From Gammaproteobacteria bacterium (GTDB lineage Bacteria > Desulfobacterota > Desulfobacteria > Desulfobacterales > JAFDCJ01), in NCBI GenBank assembly GCA_049190255.1, contig JAIVWA010000001.1, forward strand, positions 520 through 32,581: a stretch of 32,062 nucleotides of DNA, written 5' to 3'. The position numbers and the translations under genes were made by a program. This document shows, piece after piece, positions 1 through 8,161 of this stretch; within the stretch, counting starts at the first letter, position 1, and each line of letters starts with the position of its first letter. The notes under the pieces were generated by a model. The model was not told the DNA's origin. It worked only from the letters and a program-made list of their open reading frames with translations, and made no database searches.

Positions 1-115
1 CACACTCGGTTACAGAGTATAAACTTCGTCCCTCGTCCCCCATAAAATTCTGATTCACGAGGACGAGAACGAAAAGAATCAGATCGCTTGCACACGCCCT
101 GCGCCTTTTCTTATT

Positions 116-147
116 TTCCGCATTCCGCATTCCAACTTCCGAATTCC
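116..147. repeat. Heptamer tandem tract (TTCCGCA-type x4)
   Basis: ttccgca ttccgca ttccaac ttccgaa ttcc, just 3' of the minus-strand gene ending at 158. Confidence 0.8.
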
Positions 148-157
148 TTATATGAAA

Positions 158-793
158 CTACTCTGCCATGGATCCCGAACCCTTATGGTATTGACGGGAG
201 TCATCACGACCCCGCCCGCCAGGACCCATCATTCCCCGACCTCTGCCGTAACCGCCACCAGGACCGCCATAGGGACAGTCGGGATTTCCCTGGTAGCCAT
301 ATCCGCCTCGTCCCATCATTCCGGGGTGCATCATACCGTGGTTCATGTGGCCACCGCCCATAAATCCCATTCCCAGATCAGGGTTGATCTTTCGAACCCG
401 GAAGATATGGTCCAGACGCTTTTGGGCCAGTTGGGCTTTGGTATCGGAAATTTCTTTTTGTATGGTGGCAGCTTTGGCGACGTCCGGGTTTTGCCTGGCC
501 ATCTCACTGGCTAACTCGAGACGCTTTTGATAGACTTCCCGGCGAAGATCTTTGGTGTCCTCGAAAAAAGCTTTACGCTCTTCTTCCAGCTTCTTGATAT
601 CTTCTTCGCTCAAATTGTCGAAAGCTCCCCATCCGGGAGCGCCATACCCGCCATGCTGCCAGCCCGGCCCCTGGTGCATCTGACCGCGATAGCCGTAACC
701 CCGTCCCATGTCCGCAGAGGCACCGGCTGCAATAACCATAATAGAAAAAGCAGCAATCAACAAAATTTTCCAATTCTTAAACGGTGTATTCAT
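158..793 (-). CDS. Spy/CpxP/ZraP-family periplasmic protein
   Basis: Signal peptide (AAGASA-D), Gly/His/Met-rich termini, helical core LSEEDIKKLEEERKAFFEDTKDLRREVYQKRLEL...NPD...IQKEISD; RBS AAGGAG. Confidence 0.85.
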   Translation of the reverse strand: MNTPFKNWKILLIAAFSIMVIAAGASADMGRGYGYRGQMHQGPGWQHGGYGAPGWGAFDNLSEEDIKKLEEERKAFFEDTKDLRREVYQKRLELASEMARQNPDVAKAATIQKEISDTKAQLAQKRLDHIFRVRKINPDLGMGFMGGGHMNHGMMHPGMMGRGGYGYQGNPDCPYGGPGGGYGRGRGMMGPGGRGRDDSRQYHKGSGSMAE

Positions 794-872
794 TTTTCTT
801 CTCCTTTGGTTCTCAATAAAATTGAGGATAATGAAATGGTAATCACGATATGTGATTTTGTAATTACCTTAT

Positions 873-889
873 TACAAGCAGCGTGCCAA
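873..889 (-). promoter_or_regulatory. Sigma54 -24/-12 promoter of the ZraP-like gene
   Basis: Minus strand TTGGCACGCTGCTTGTA matches TGGCAC-N5-TTG(C/T). Confidence 0.75.
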
Positions 890-917
890 CACATCGTCTA
901 TAAATTAAATCGGATAG

Positions 918-930
918 TAACCATTTGATA
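918..930 (-). promoter_or_regulatory. IHF binding site
   Basis: Minus strand TATCAAATGGTTA fits WATCAANNNNTTR exactly and lies between the sigma54 promoter and the putative enhancers. Confidence 0.6.
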
Positions 931-1007
931 ACAATGGGAATATTATTCAAATTAATAATTAAAAAATTCGAAACCGGAAATACCCTGAGGATTCAAGACC
1001 AAAAAGT

Positions 1008-1065
1008 GTGTAAAAAATATCCAGCATGATACGCTAAATTTCATGGATCGCGTAAAAAGTACCCA
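1008..1065. promoter_or_regulatory. Paired putative enhancer (UAS) sites for a sigma54 activator
   Basis: GTGTAAAAAATATCCA (1008-1023) and GCGTAAAAAGTACCCA (1050-1065), 42 bp apart, about 120-175 bp upstream of the -24 box. Confidence 0.5.
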
Positions 1066-1070
1066 TCTAT

Positions 1071-1200
1071 GAAAAGACGATAATCGCCTGACAGAATAAG
1101 CTAAATATCGTTCGACAGAATAAGCTAATAATGATACAACTAAATAAGCTAAATTTGGAACTGCATGAAAAGCTAAAATTTATACGGCGTAATAAGCTAA
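1071..1200 (+). repeat. Direct-repeat array with a 10-bp core AATAAGCTAA at exact 24-bp period
   Basis: Cores start at 1095, 1119, 1143, 1167 (GAAAAGCTAA) and 1191, with a degenerate one at 1071 (GAAAAGACGA); 14-bp variable spacers. Confidence 0.9.
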
Positions 1201-1216
1201 CGAAAGCACGAGAGCT

Positions 1217-2770
1217 ATGGCAAGCCCACATGGAAAACTGGCCGAATCCCTTGAGGCCCTGAGAGCACTGCAGGAGCGCGGTGTCGTCGCCGTGCGTTCA
1301 ACTAATCTGACCCGAACGCATCGGGAACGCCTGGTCAAAAACGGCTTCTTGCAGGAGGTCATGAAGGGCTGGTACATCCCTGCTCGCTCGGACCAGGCCG
1401 CGGGAGAGAGCACGGCATGGTATGCATCGTTCTGGGGATTCTGTTCAGCCTATTTACAGCAGCGTTTTGGGACAAATTGGAGCCTCTCGCCTGAACAGTC
1501 ACTATTGCTGCATGCCGGGAACATGATGGTTCCACGCCAATTGCTTGTACGCTCACCGAAGGCCCGCAACAAGATCACAACGCTGCCGTATGATACGTCG
1601 TTATTCGATACGCGTGCGGCCCTGCCAGAAGCTGGACAAATTGTAGAGAAGGACGGCTTGCGGCTGTTCTCTATACTTGCGGGCCTGGTGAGCTGCGGAT
1701 CTGAATTCTTTCGACATAACGCGACGGACGCACGCGCGGCTCTGGCCATGGTGCGCGATGCATCTGATGTGCTTGCATTGCTCCTTGAGGGTGGACGCAC
1801 CACGGTTGCCGGCCGACTCGCAGGTGCGTTCCGAAATATCGGACGTAACCATATTGCCGACGATATCGTCAAAACAATGCAAGCCGCAGACTACGACATT
1901 CGTGAAAAAGATCCATTCGATGACACAACAAATTTGATCCTGCCGGCGCGCGAACAATCGCCATATGTGAACCGTATTTGCCTAATGTGGCAGCTGATGC
2001 GAGAACCAATCCTCAAACAATTTCCGGCCGCCCCGGACCGGCCCGCCGACATCGCGGCCTATCTCAAGGCAGCCGATGACCTTTACGTTACGGACGCTTA
2101 TCACTCGTTGTCCATTGAAGGTTACCGGGTCAGCCCTGAGCTGATCGAACGGGTCCGAAGTGGCGAGTGGGATCCGGATGAAAACAAGGATGACCGCGAA
2201 CACCGTAATGCCTTAGCAGCACGTGGATACTGGCAGGCCTATCGGTCGGTCCGCCAAAGCTTACGCAAGGTGATAGAGGGCGATAACCCCGGAGCAGTTG
2301 GCGATGATGATCACCGTGACTGGTACCGTGAAATGTTTGGGCCGAGCGTAACGGCCGGCCTCTTACGGACGGCGGACCTCGCCGGTTACCGCAACGACCA
2401 GGTATATATCCGCCGCTCCATGCATGTGCCACCGCGCTATGAAGCTGTGCGGGACTGCATGCCGGCATTCTTTGATTTGTTGAGAGAAGAGCCGGAACCA
2501 TCGGTGCGTGTTGTTCTGGGACACTTCGTGTTCGTATATATCCATCCGTACATGGATGGCAATGGCCGTATGGGACGATTTCTTATGAACGTAATGCTCG
2601 CAGCGGGCGGGTATCCTTGGACCGTTGTTCCACTGGAAAAGCGAGACGACTATATGGCTGTATTGGAAAGCGCGAGCGTGGAACAGGACATCACGCCATT
2701 TGCGTCGTTTCTTGGGTGCCTTGTTTCCGACAGCTTAGAAGGTAAGCCATCACCACAGGTACCTTATTGA
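1217..2770 (+). CDS. Fic family protein with long N-terminal extension (AbiEi-like, inferred)
   Basis: Fic motif HPYMDGNGRMGR; inhibitory-type motif SLSIEG upstream; 517 aa. Confidence 0.9.
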   Translation: MASPHGKLAESLEALRALQERGVVAVRSTNLTRTHRERLVKNGFLQEVMKGWYIPARSDQAAGESTAWYASFWGFCSAYLQQRFGTNWSLSPEQSLLLHAGNMMVPRQLLVRSPKARNKITTLPYDTSLFDTRAALPEAGQIVEKDGLRLFSILAGLVSCGSEFFRHNATDARAALAMVRDASDVLALLLEGGRTTVAGRLAGAFRNIGRNHIADDIVKTMQAADYDIREKDPFDDTTNLILPAREQSPYVNRICLMWQLMREPILKQFPAAPDRPADIAAYLKAADDLYVTDAYHSLSIEGYRVSPELIERVRSGEWDPDENKDDREHRNALAARGYWQAYRSVRQSLRKVIEGDNPGAVGDDDHRDWYREMFGPSVTAGLLRTADLAGYRNDQVYIRRSMHVPPRYEAVRDCMPAFFDLLREEPEPSVRVVLGHFVFVYIHPYMDGNGRMGRFLMNVMLAAGGYPWTVVPLEKRDDYMAVLESASVEQDITPFASFLGCLVSDSLEGKPSPQVPY

Positions 2771-2849
2771 TAAAAAGAGGGTTGTCTTACCGCAGCCAGC
2801 TGCCTCTTAGCTTGACTGAATACTGCGATTTCGATATACGTCTTTACAA

Positions 2850-3542
2850 ATGCTGCTCGAATTCAAGAACATAAGCTACAAATATCCTGGCTCCATCAAC
2901 GAAGTATTCAAAAATCTAACCTGTAGAATTTCCACCCCAGGTTTTCATGCCCTCTTCGGGCCGTCCGGCGTCGGTAAAACCACCCTGGCCAAAATGATGA
3001 TCGGAGAAGTCAAAGGCTTTGGCGGTGAAATTTTAACATCCGAAATTCACCGCATATTGTACACCTACAATCTTGAAAGGCTGCCGGGATGGTCAAGTGT
3101 ACGGGAACATCTTCAAGCCACCACACCGGAATCCGGCAAAGATAAAATCGACGAACTGGTAACCGCATTCGGCCTTGAAGCCTGCATGCAGTCACGCTTT
3201 GCCCGGCTCTCCCTGGGGCAGCAAAACCGCACCAACCTGGCCCGCTATCTTTTGCAGGATTTCGACCTTCTGATCATGGACGAGAGCCTGGCCAATGTGG
3301 ATGAAGTCACCAAAGAAAAAATAATCCTCACGATGAAAAACATATTCCCTGACCGGTGTTTCCTTTACATTTCGCACAGTGTGGTGGAAGTGGCTAAATT
3401 CTGCCGGCAGATTCTGGTTCTTCGCGGGCACCATAGAAGTCCGCAAACCATATCGATTCAGGGCCGGGACCATACAGACGGAAAGGCCCTTATAAAGAAA
3501 GACCTTGAGCAGACCATGCTGGAGATTGTTAATGCTGCATAG
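2850..3542 (+). CDS. ABC transporter ATP-binding protein (NitT/TauT type)
   Basis: Walker A GPSGVGKT, signature-like LSLGQ, Walker B LLIMDE, H-loop ISH. Confidence 0.9.
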   Translation: MLLEFKNISYKYPGSINEVFKNLTCRISTPGFHALFGPSGVGKTTLAKMMIGEVKGFGGEILTSEIHRILYTYNLERLPGWSSVREHLQATTPESGKDKIDELVTAFGLEACMQSRFARLSLGQQNRTNLARYLLQDFDLLIMDESLANVDEVTKEKIILTMKNIFPDRCFLYISHSVVEVAKFCRQILVLRGHHRSPQTISIQGRDHTDGKALIKKDLEQTMLEIVNAA

Positions 3543-4281
3543 ACGCATTTATCAATTTTTTATCATCTATTTGTTGGGGATCATGACTCTTTTTATGGTC
3601 AAGTATGTTCTGAACCTCTCCGACTATGTCATCCCCGGCCCGCTGGAAATCTGGCACACCGGCGAAAGTGTTTTTATTCGATATTTTTTCAATGTGATCG
3701 ATACCCTGTCTATTGCCGTCCTCGGTCACATTCTATCGATTTTCCTGGCAACCATTATCGGCATCATCGGGCGCCTGACGCTCTGGATCGGCTCTTTCAT
3801 TCGGGTGGCCGCCTACAATATTCAATCCTATCCCATCGTCGCTGTGGCGCCCATCATTTTTATACTCCTGGGAGACGGGCTTTCTTCCCGGCTGTTGATC
3901 ACGGCCATGATTTGCTATTTTCCCCTGCTGCTATCGTTTATCGGTATTTTGTCTGAACCCGTGACTGAGATCGAACATTTTTATGAATCCACCTTGAGGA
4001 TGAACTGGCGCCTGCAGGTCAAAATCCGGGCATTTGAAAACATCAACAAAATCACCACCGTCATTGTGGGAAGCGGCACCCTGGCCATGGTGGGAACCAT
4101 TGTCGCGGAATTTATTGCCGCCAATGCGGGCATCGGTCACAGTATCCGTATGGCGCTTTACCAAAGTGATCTGGCCAAAATTCTAGTGGCCCTGTTTTTA
4201 ATCGGTATATGCACCTCCCTGTATCTGGTATGCCTGGAGGGGCTGGGGCGGGTGATCCAACGGCGTCTGAAAAATACCTAA
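3532..4281 (+). CDS. ABC transporter permease (NitT/TauT type)
   Basis: Multiple TM segments; motifs YPIVAVAPI and IVAEFIAANAGIG; ATG 3532 overlaps the ATPase 3' end. Confidence 0.85.
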   Translation: MLHRRIYQFFIIYLLGIMTLFMVKYVLNLSDYVIPGPLEIWHTGESVFIRYFFNVIDTLSIAVLGHILSIFLATIIGIIGRLTLWIGSFIRVAAYNIQSYPIVAVAPIIFILLGDGLSSRLLITAMICYFPLLLSFIGILSEPVTEIEHFYESTLRMNWRLQVKIRAFENINKITTVIVGSGTLAMVGTIVAEFIAANAGIGHSIRMALYQSDLAKILVALFLIGICTSLYLVCLEGLGRVIQRRLKNT

Positions 4282-4283
4282 GA

Positions 4284-4311
4284 GCTGATAGCTCATGGCT
4301 CATAGCTGATA
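4284..4311. repeat. Heptamer tandem tract (GCTSATR x4)
   Basis: gctgata gctcatg gctcata gctgata, starting 3 nt after the permease stop. Confidence 0.8.
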
Positions 4312-4475
4312 GTCTCGTAAAAAGTCAGAAACGCGACCTTTTTACGAGAGTGTTTAGTATTTGGTGTTTAGTGTTTAGTGATATAATAATTTAATATGGC
4401 ACACAATATGTCATGCCAAACACCAAACACGAAACACCAAACACATGATGAATTCGACTTTTTACGAATTCATCA
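4307..4475. mobile_element. MITE/REP-like element with 20-bp imperfect terminal inverted repeats
   Basis: TGATAGTCTCGTAAAAAGTC (4307-4326) vs GACTTTTTACGAATTCATCA (4456-4475), 16/20 complementary; internal inverted heptamer tracts at 4350-4377 and 4417-4444. Confidence 0.65.
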
Positions 4476-4508
4476 ATTTTAATTCTGGTAAAAAAGGGAT
4501 GGCCCATA

Positions 4509-5507
4509 ATGAGACAACAACTCCGAATAAGATTTGTCCTGATATCGGCAACTCTTTTTTTTCTTTCCTTCACCGCTTGCAGCGAGAAGGGGCAGCAGTT
4601 GGAGGAAGTCAATTATCGGCTCAAATGGTTGTTTAATATCAGCGTCGTCGGTGACCTGTGGGCCGTTGCCCAGGGTAATTTTGAAAGAAACGGTCTAAAA
4701 GTTACCGTCAAGCCGGGCGGGCCTGAAAAGGATGCCATCAAGGAGTTGGAAATCGGCCACGCTCAATTTGGTGTGGCCTCGGCGGATCAGGTCATCCGGG
4801 CGGTTTCCAAAGGGTCACCGATCGTGGTTCTGGCCCAGCTCTTTCAAATCAATCCCCTGCATTGGATCTACCGACCGGATCGAACCGTATTGAAAACACC
4901 CCAGGATCTCAAAGGCAAGACCATCGGCATCACCTATGGCGGCAATGATGAAACCATTATGCGCGCCCTGCTGGCAAAATTTAATATCTCCGAAGAAGAA
5001 GTGAATCTCTTCAGTGTGCGGTATGATTACACGCCTTTTTACAGTGGTGAAGTCGACCTTTGGCCCCTTTACCGCAATGCGCAGGCACCCATTATTGGCG
5101 CTAAGCTCCGAAAAGCAGGAGAGCCGTTCGATCTGATGAGCCCCAGCCGGTTGGGGATTCAATTCGTGGCCAATTCCGTGGTAACCACAAAAAAAATGCT
5201 GGAAGAGCGTCCGGAAACCGTCAAGCGCTTTATGCAGGCCTTGATGCAGGCCTGGACGGAGGCTTTGGATCCGGAAAACAAGGAAAAGGCGATTGAAATT
5301 GTGCTGAAGTATAATCGGGAAACCCCGGAAGAAATTGTACGCCAGCAGCTTCCGGCCACACGAATACTCATGCTGCCGACTGCCCAGTTTGAATTCGGTC
5401 GGATTGATGTTGCCGCCTGGAAACAAACCGAACAAATCATGCTGACCCAAAAACTGATCGACACTCCCGTTCACATTGAAAGCCGGTTGAGGCCGGCGGT
5501 CGAGTAA
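4509..5507 (+). CDS. ABC substrate-binding lipoprotein, NMT1/THI5-like
   Basis: Lipobox FTAC; motifs RLKW, GLKVTVKPGGP, PQDLKGKTIG, ERPETVKRFMQA; completes the ABC operon. Confidence 0.85.
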   Translation: MRQQLRIRFVLISATLFFLSFTACSEKGQQLEEVNYRLKWLFNISVVGDLWAVAQGNFERNGLKVTVKPGGPEKDAIKELEIGHAQFGVASADQVIRAVSKGSPIVVLAQLFQINPLHWIYRPDRTVLKTPQDLKGKTIGITYGGNDETIMRALLAKFNISEEEVNLFSVRYDYTPFYSGEVDLWPLYRNAQAPIIGAKLRKAGEPFDLMSPSRLGIQFVANSVVTTKKMLEERPETVKRFMQALMQAWTEALDPENKEKAIEIVLKYNRETPEEIVRQQLPATRILMLPTAQFEFGRIDVAAWKQTEQIMLTQKLIDTPVHIESRLRPAVE

Positions 5508-5597
5508 CGATAATATATTTTTGTACTTACGGGATCTAAGGAGATCAATTAATAGTTGGTGATTATTCGCCGGCAGTTATTTGTATAACTAATAACA

Positions 5598-5626
5598 ACA
5601 AATTGAGCGTCAGGCGCTCAATTTGT
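5598..5626. terminator. 12-bp perfect hairpin (terminator or 5' stabiliser)
   Basis: ACAAATTGAGCG-tcagg-CGCTCAATTTGT, directly before the RBS GAGAGG of the next gene. Confidence 0.5.
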
Positions 5627-5640
5627 CGAGAGGAATTGCC

Positions 5641-6066
5641 ATGAGCGATGCCGGATTCGAAAAAGTGTCACCGTCGGACAAACCGATGTACGGTCCCCGC
5701 AAGCTTCTGATTTGCGGGTTTTCTTCAGAAGCCCAGCCAAAATTCGTCAAGCTTTTGGAAATAATCGGTTTGTCTGAAATGCCAAAGGTCTGGGTGACAG
5801 CGGCACACGCCGGCAGCCTAATTTCTGAAGTACTGGCTCTCGAGGATAATACGGGCTGGGAATTTGGATCAGAGCTGCCACGAGCCGTCATTATGTCAGG
5901 AGTCACCCAGAACGAATTGCACCTGCTGATGTCCGGCAGCCGCCAGGCCGGAATGAAACCTCCCCTGTGGGCCACCTTGACCCCCACTTCGGAAACCTGG
6001 ACCGTGCAGGATTTGCTAAAGGAGCTGGCCGCCGAGCATCAGGCCATGCAGAAGAAAAAACCATAG
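5641..6066 (+). CDS. DUF3783-like protein
   Basis: C-terminal RAVIMSG...ELHLLM...LWATLTPTSETWTVQDLLKELAAEH pattern; ATG 5641 after GAGAGG. Confidence 0.7.
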   Translation: MSDAGFEKVSPSDKPMYGPRKLLICGFSSEAQPKFVKLLEIIGLSEMPKVWVTAAHAGSLISEVLALEDNTGWEFGSELPRAVIMSGVTQNELHLLMSGSRQAGMKPPLWATLTPTSETWTVQDLLKELAAEHQAMQKKKP

Positions 6067-6142
6067 GGTGATACGGTTGACAAAACCATTTAAAAGAGCT
6101 ATTTAAGATACTATATAAAATACCAAATAAAGGACCTTTTCC

Positions 6143-6397
6143 ATGTTAACCAAAATCTATGCAGACTATACGGTCAGTATTACCGAGCTGAAAAAAAACC
6201 CGCAGGCACTCATTGACAATGCCCACGGTGAGGCGATTGCACTGCTCAATCGCAACAAGCCGACAGCTTATATCATCCCGGCCGCAACCTACGAGAGGCT
6301 GATGGACCTGGCAGAAGATATCGAGCTCGGCGGAATCATTGAAGACCGCAAAGTTGAAAAGGCAGATGCCGTTGAGGTTAGCCTCGATGAGCTATAA
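6143..6397 (+). CDS. Type II antitoxin, Phd/YefM family (StbD-like)
   Basis: SITELKKNP...AIALLNRNKPTAYIIPA...EVSLDEL; overlaps the toxin start. Confidence 0.9.
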   Translation: MLTKIYADYTVSITELKKNPQALIDNAHGEAIALLNRNKPTAYIIPAATYERLMDLAEDIELGGIIEDRKVEKADAVEVSLDEL

Positions 6398-6683
6398 GCT
6401 GAAATTCCTGCCGAGCGCCCTGAAAGAATGGCGTAAACTTGCTCCGGAAATAAGAGAGAAATTCAAGAAGCAATTGGGCCGCAGGCTGGAAAATCCTCAT
6501 ATCGATAGCACAAAAATCAGGGGCTATAAGCATCACTACAAGATCAAGCTGCGGTCAGCGGGCTATCGGCTCGTATACGAGGTCGAAGAAAAAGAGATAA
6601 CCGTTTACGTGATATGCGTTGGTAGAAGAGACACGATTTATAAAATACTTAAAAAGCGAAAGTCAAAAATAGACAATAATTAA
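6387..6683 (+). CDS. Type II toxin, RelE/StbE family
   Basis: MSYKLKFLPSALKEWRKL...YKIKLRSAGYRLVYEV...VICVGRRD; ATG 6387 lies inside the antitoxin 3' end. Confidence 0.9.
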   Translation: MSYKLKFLPSALKEWRKLAPEIREKFKKQLGRRLENPHIDSTKIRGYKHHYKIKLRSAGYRLVYEVEEKEITVYVICVGRRDTIYKILKKRKSKIDNN

Positions 6684-6995
6684 AATTTAATGCGGGTATC
6701 ATTATTCAATTTTCACCTCAAATTATAAACTAATGTACGTCCCCAACTTCACTCGTTGCTCCAGATTGATTGCTGTGTAAAAAAGCTTATTTTGAACCTT
6801 TGACTGGCGTCCCATCATGATGGTATTACTCCGCTAAAGTTTTATTTACCGGTACTTTAGCAGTTTCCATCATGCTAAACAAGCATTATTTAAGCGTTTA
6901 TGAAGATTTTCTAGTTAAAAAAACATAAACCGTAATGTCATCAATTTAATCTGCGGCTGGGGCTGTCAGTAAAATTTGATTTGGGCAACAGCCCG

Positions 6996-7011
6996 TCAAG
7001 CTTTGACCCCC
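6996..7011 (+). repeat. 16-bp repeat TCAAGCTTTGACCCCC, copy 1
   Basis: Identical to 8874-8889. Confidence 0.75.
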
Positions 7012-7231
7012 CCCTTTTTTTTTCGGATGGAACTCGCATCAACACGGATTCATTTGATTTCGGAAGGCGGATTGAACAAAAAGGAAGAAATCCGCATAGG
7101 TGACGCAATAATTATTTGCTTGCATTCTCAGGCAAAGCAGGCAAACATATATATATTGTAGTGGGCGCACTCTTCAAAGGGTGATGCTTTCCCAAAAACA
7201 GATTACCTAACAAACACCAGCAAAATTTAAA

Positions 7232-8161
7232 ATGCCGGAAATATATCCCATAGGCGGTGGTAAAGGCGGTGTCGGCAAAAGTTTTGTCGCGGCCAACCTT
7301 GGGGCATCAATTGCCAAACAGGGCCATCAGGTTGTGCTGGTTGATCTGGATCTGGGGGCATCAAATCTTCATACGTTCTTGGGGATTGAAAATCCGAAAA
7401 TCGGAATCAACAGCTTTTTAAATAAATCAATCGAAAAATTTGAAAATCTAGCCGCCCCCACCAATATCCCGAATCTTTTTTTTATCAGTTCTTTGCATTG
7501 CTCCATGGAAATCTCGAATCTTGTCTACGCCCAGAAGCTGAAAATAATAAAAGCGGTCAGGAAGCTGCCTTTTGATTATGTTATCCTGGACCTGGGAGCT
7601 GGGACAAATTTCAACACCCTGGATTTTTTCTTAACCTCCAATGATGGGATATTTATTTGTGTTCCGGAGCCCACGTCAATCGAAAATGCCTTCCGTTTTA
7701 TCCGGGCAACTTATTTAAGAAAATTAAAAAGGATCATCAAACGGCATGCTTTTAATGCGGCGGTCAAAGATGCCGTTTTCAATCCAAATCCGACAGATAA
7801 TGCCGCCCAGCAGTCACGCGATATCATCGATATCGTACTAAAACATGATCCTGACAGAGAGCTGTTTCTCAGAGAAAAACTCAGCGAATTTAACTTTAAA
7901 TTTATTTTGAATCAGTTTCGTAAAAATATTTATCCAACCCTCGGCCAAAAGATTGCGACCGTTTGCAACCGGCATTTTTATTCTACCTTTCAATTCCTGG
8001 GGAATATCAGCTATGATGAGCGGGTCGCGGAGTCGGTCTTTTCAAGAAAACTCTACATTCATAAATATCCTTACACAACAACCTCAATAGATCTGAAAAA
8101 AATTGCAGCTGTGATAACCAAAAACAAGGCGCCGGCTTCGGTGTTTACCCAAATAGGATGA
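7232..8161 (+). CDS. MinD/FlhG-like P-loop ATPase
   Basis: Deviant Walker A GGKGGVGKS, DLDLGASNL, ILDLGAG, PEPTSIENA. Confidence 0.9.
   Translation: MPEIYPIGGGKGGVGKSFVAANLGASIAKQGHQVVLVDLDLGASNLHTFLGIENPKIGINSFLNKSIEKFENLAAPTNIPNLFFISSLHCSMEISNLVYAQKLKIIKAVRKLPFDYVILDLGAGTNFNTLDFFLTSNDGIFICVPEPTSIENAFRFIRATYLRKLKRIIKRHAFNAAVKDAVFNPNPTDNAAQQSRDIIDIVLKHDPDRELFLREKLSEFNFKFILNQFRKNIYPTLGQKIATVCNRHFYSTFQFLGNISYDERVAESVFSRKLYIHKYPYTTTSIDLKKIAAVITKNKAPASVFTQIG

Noticed and set aside
1071-1214. CRISPR array or plasmid iteron origin
   Set aside because: A 10-bp repeat and 14-bp spacers are far below CRISPR sizes; no cas or rep gene in the window
4209-4636. Short ORFs across the permease/binding-protein gap
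   Set aside because: They derive from the repeat element or are shadows of real genes
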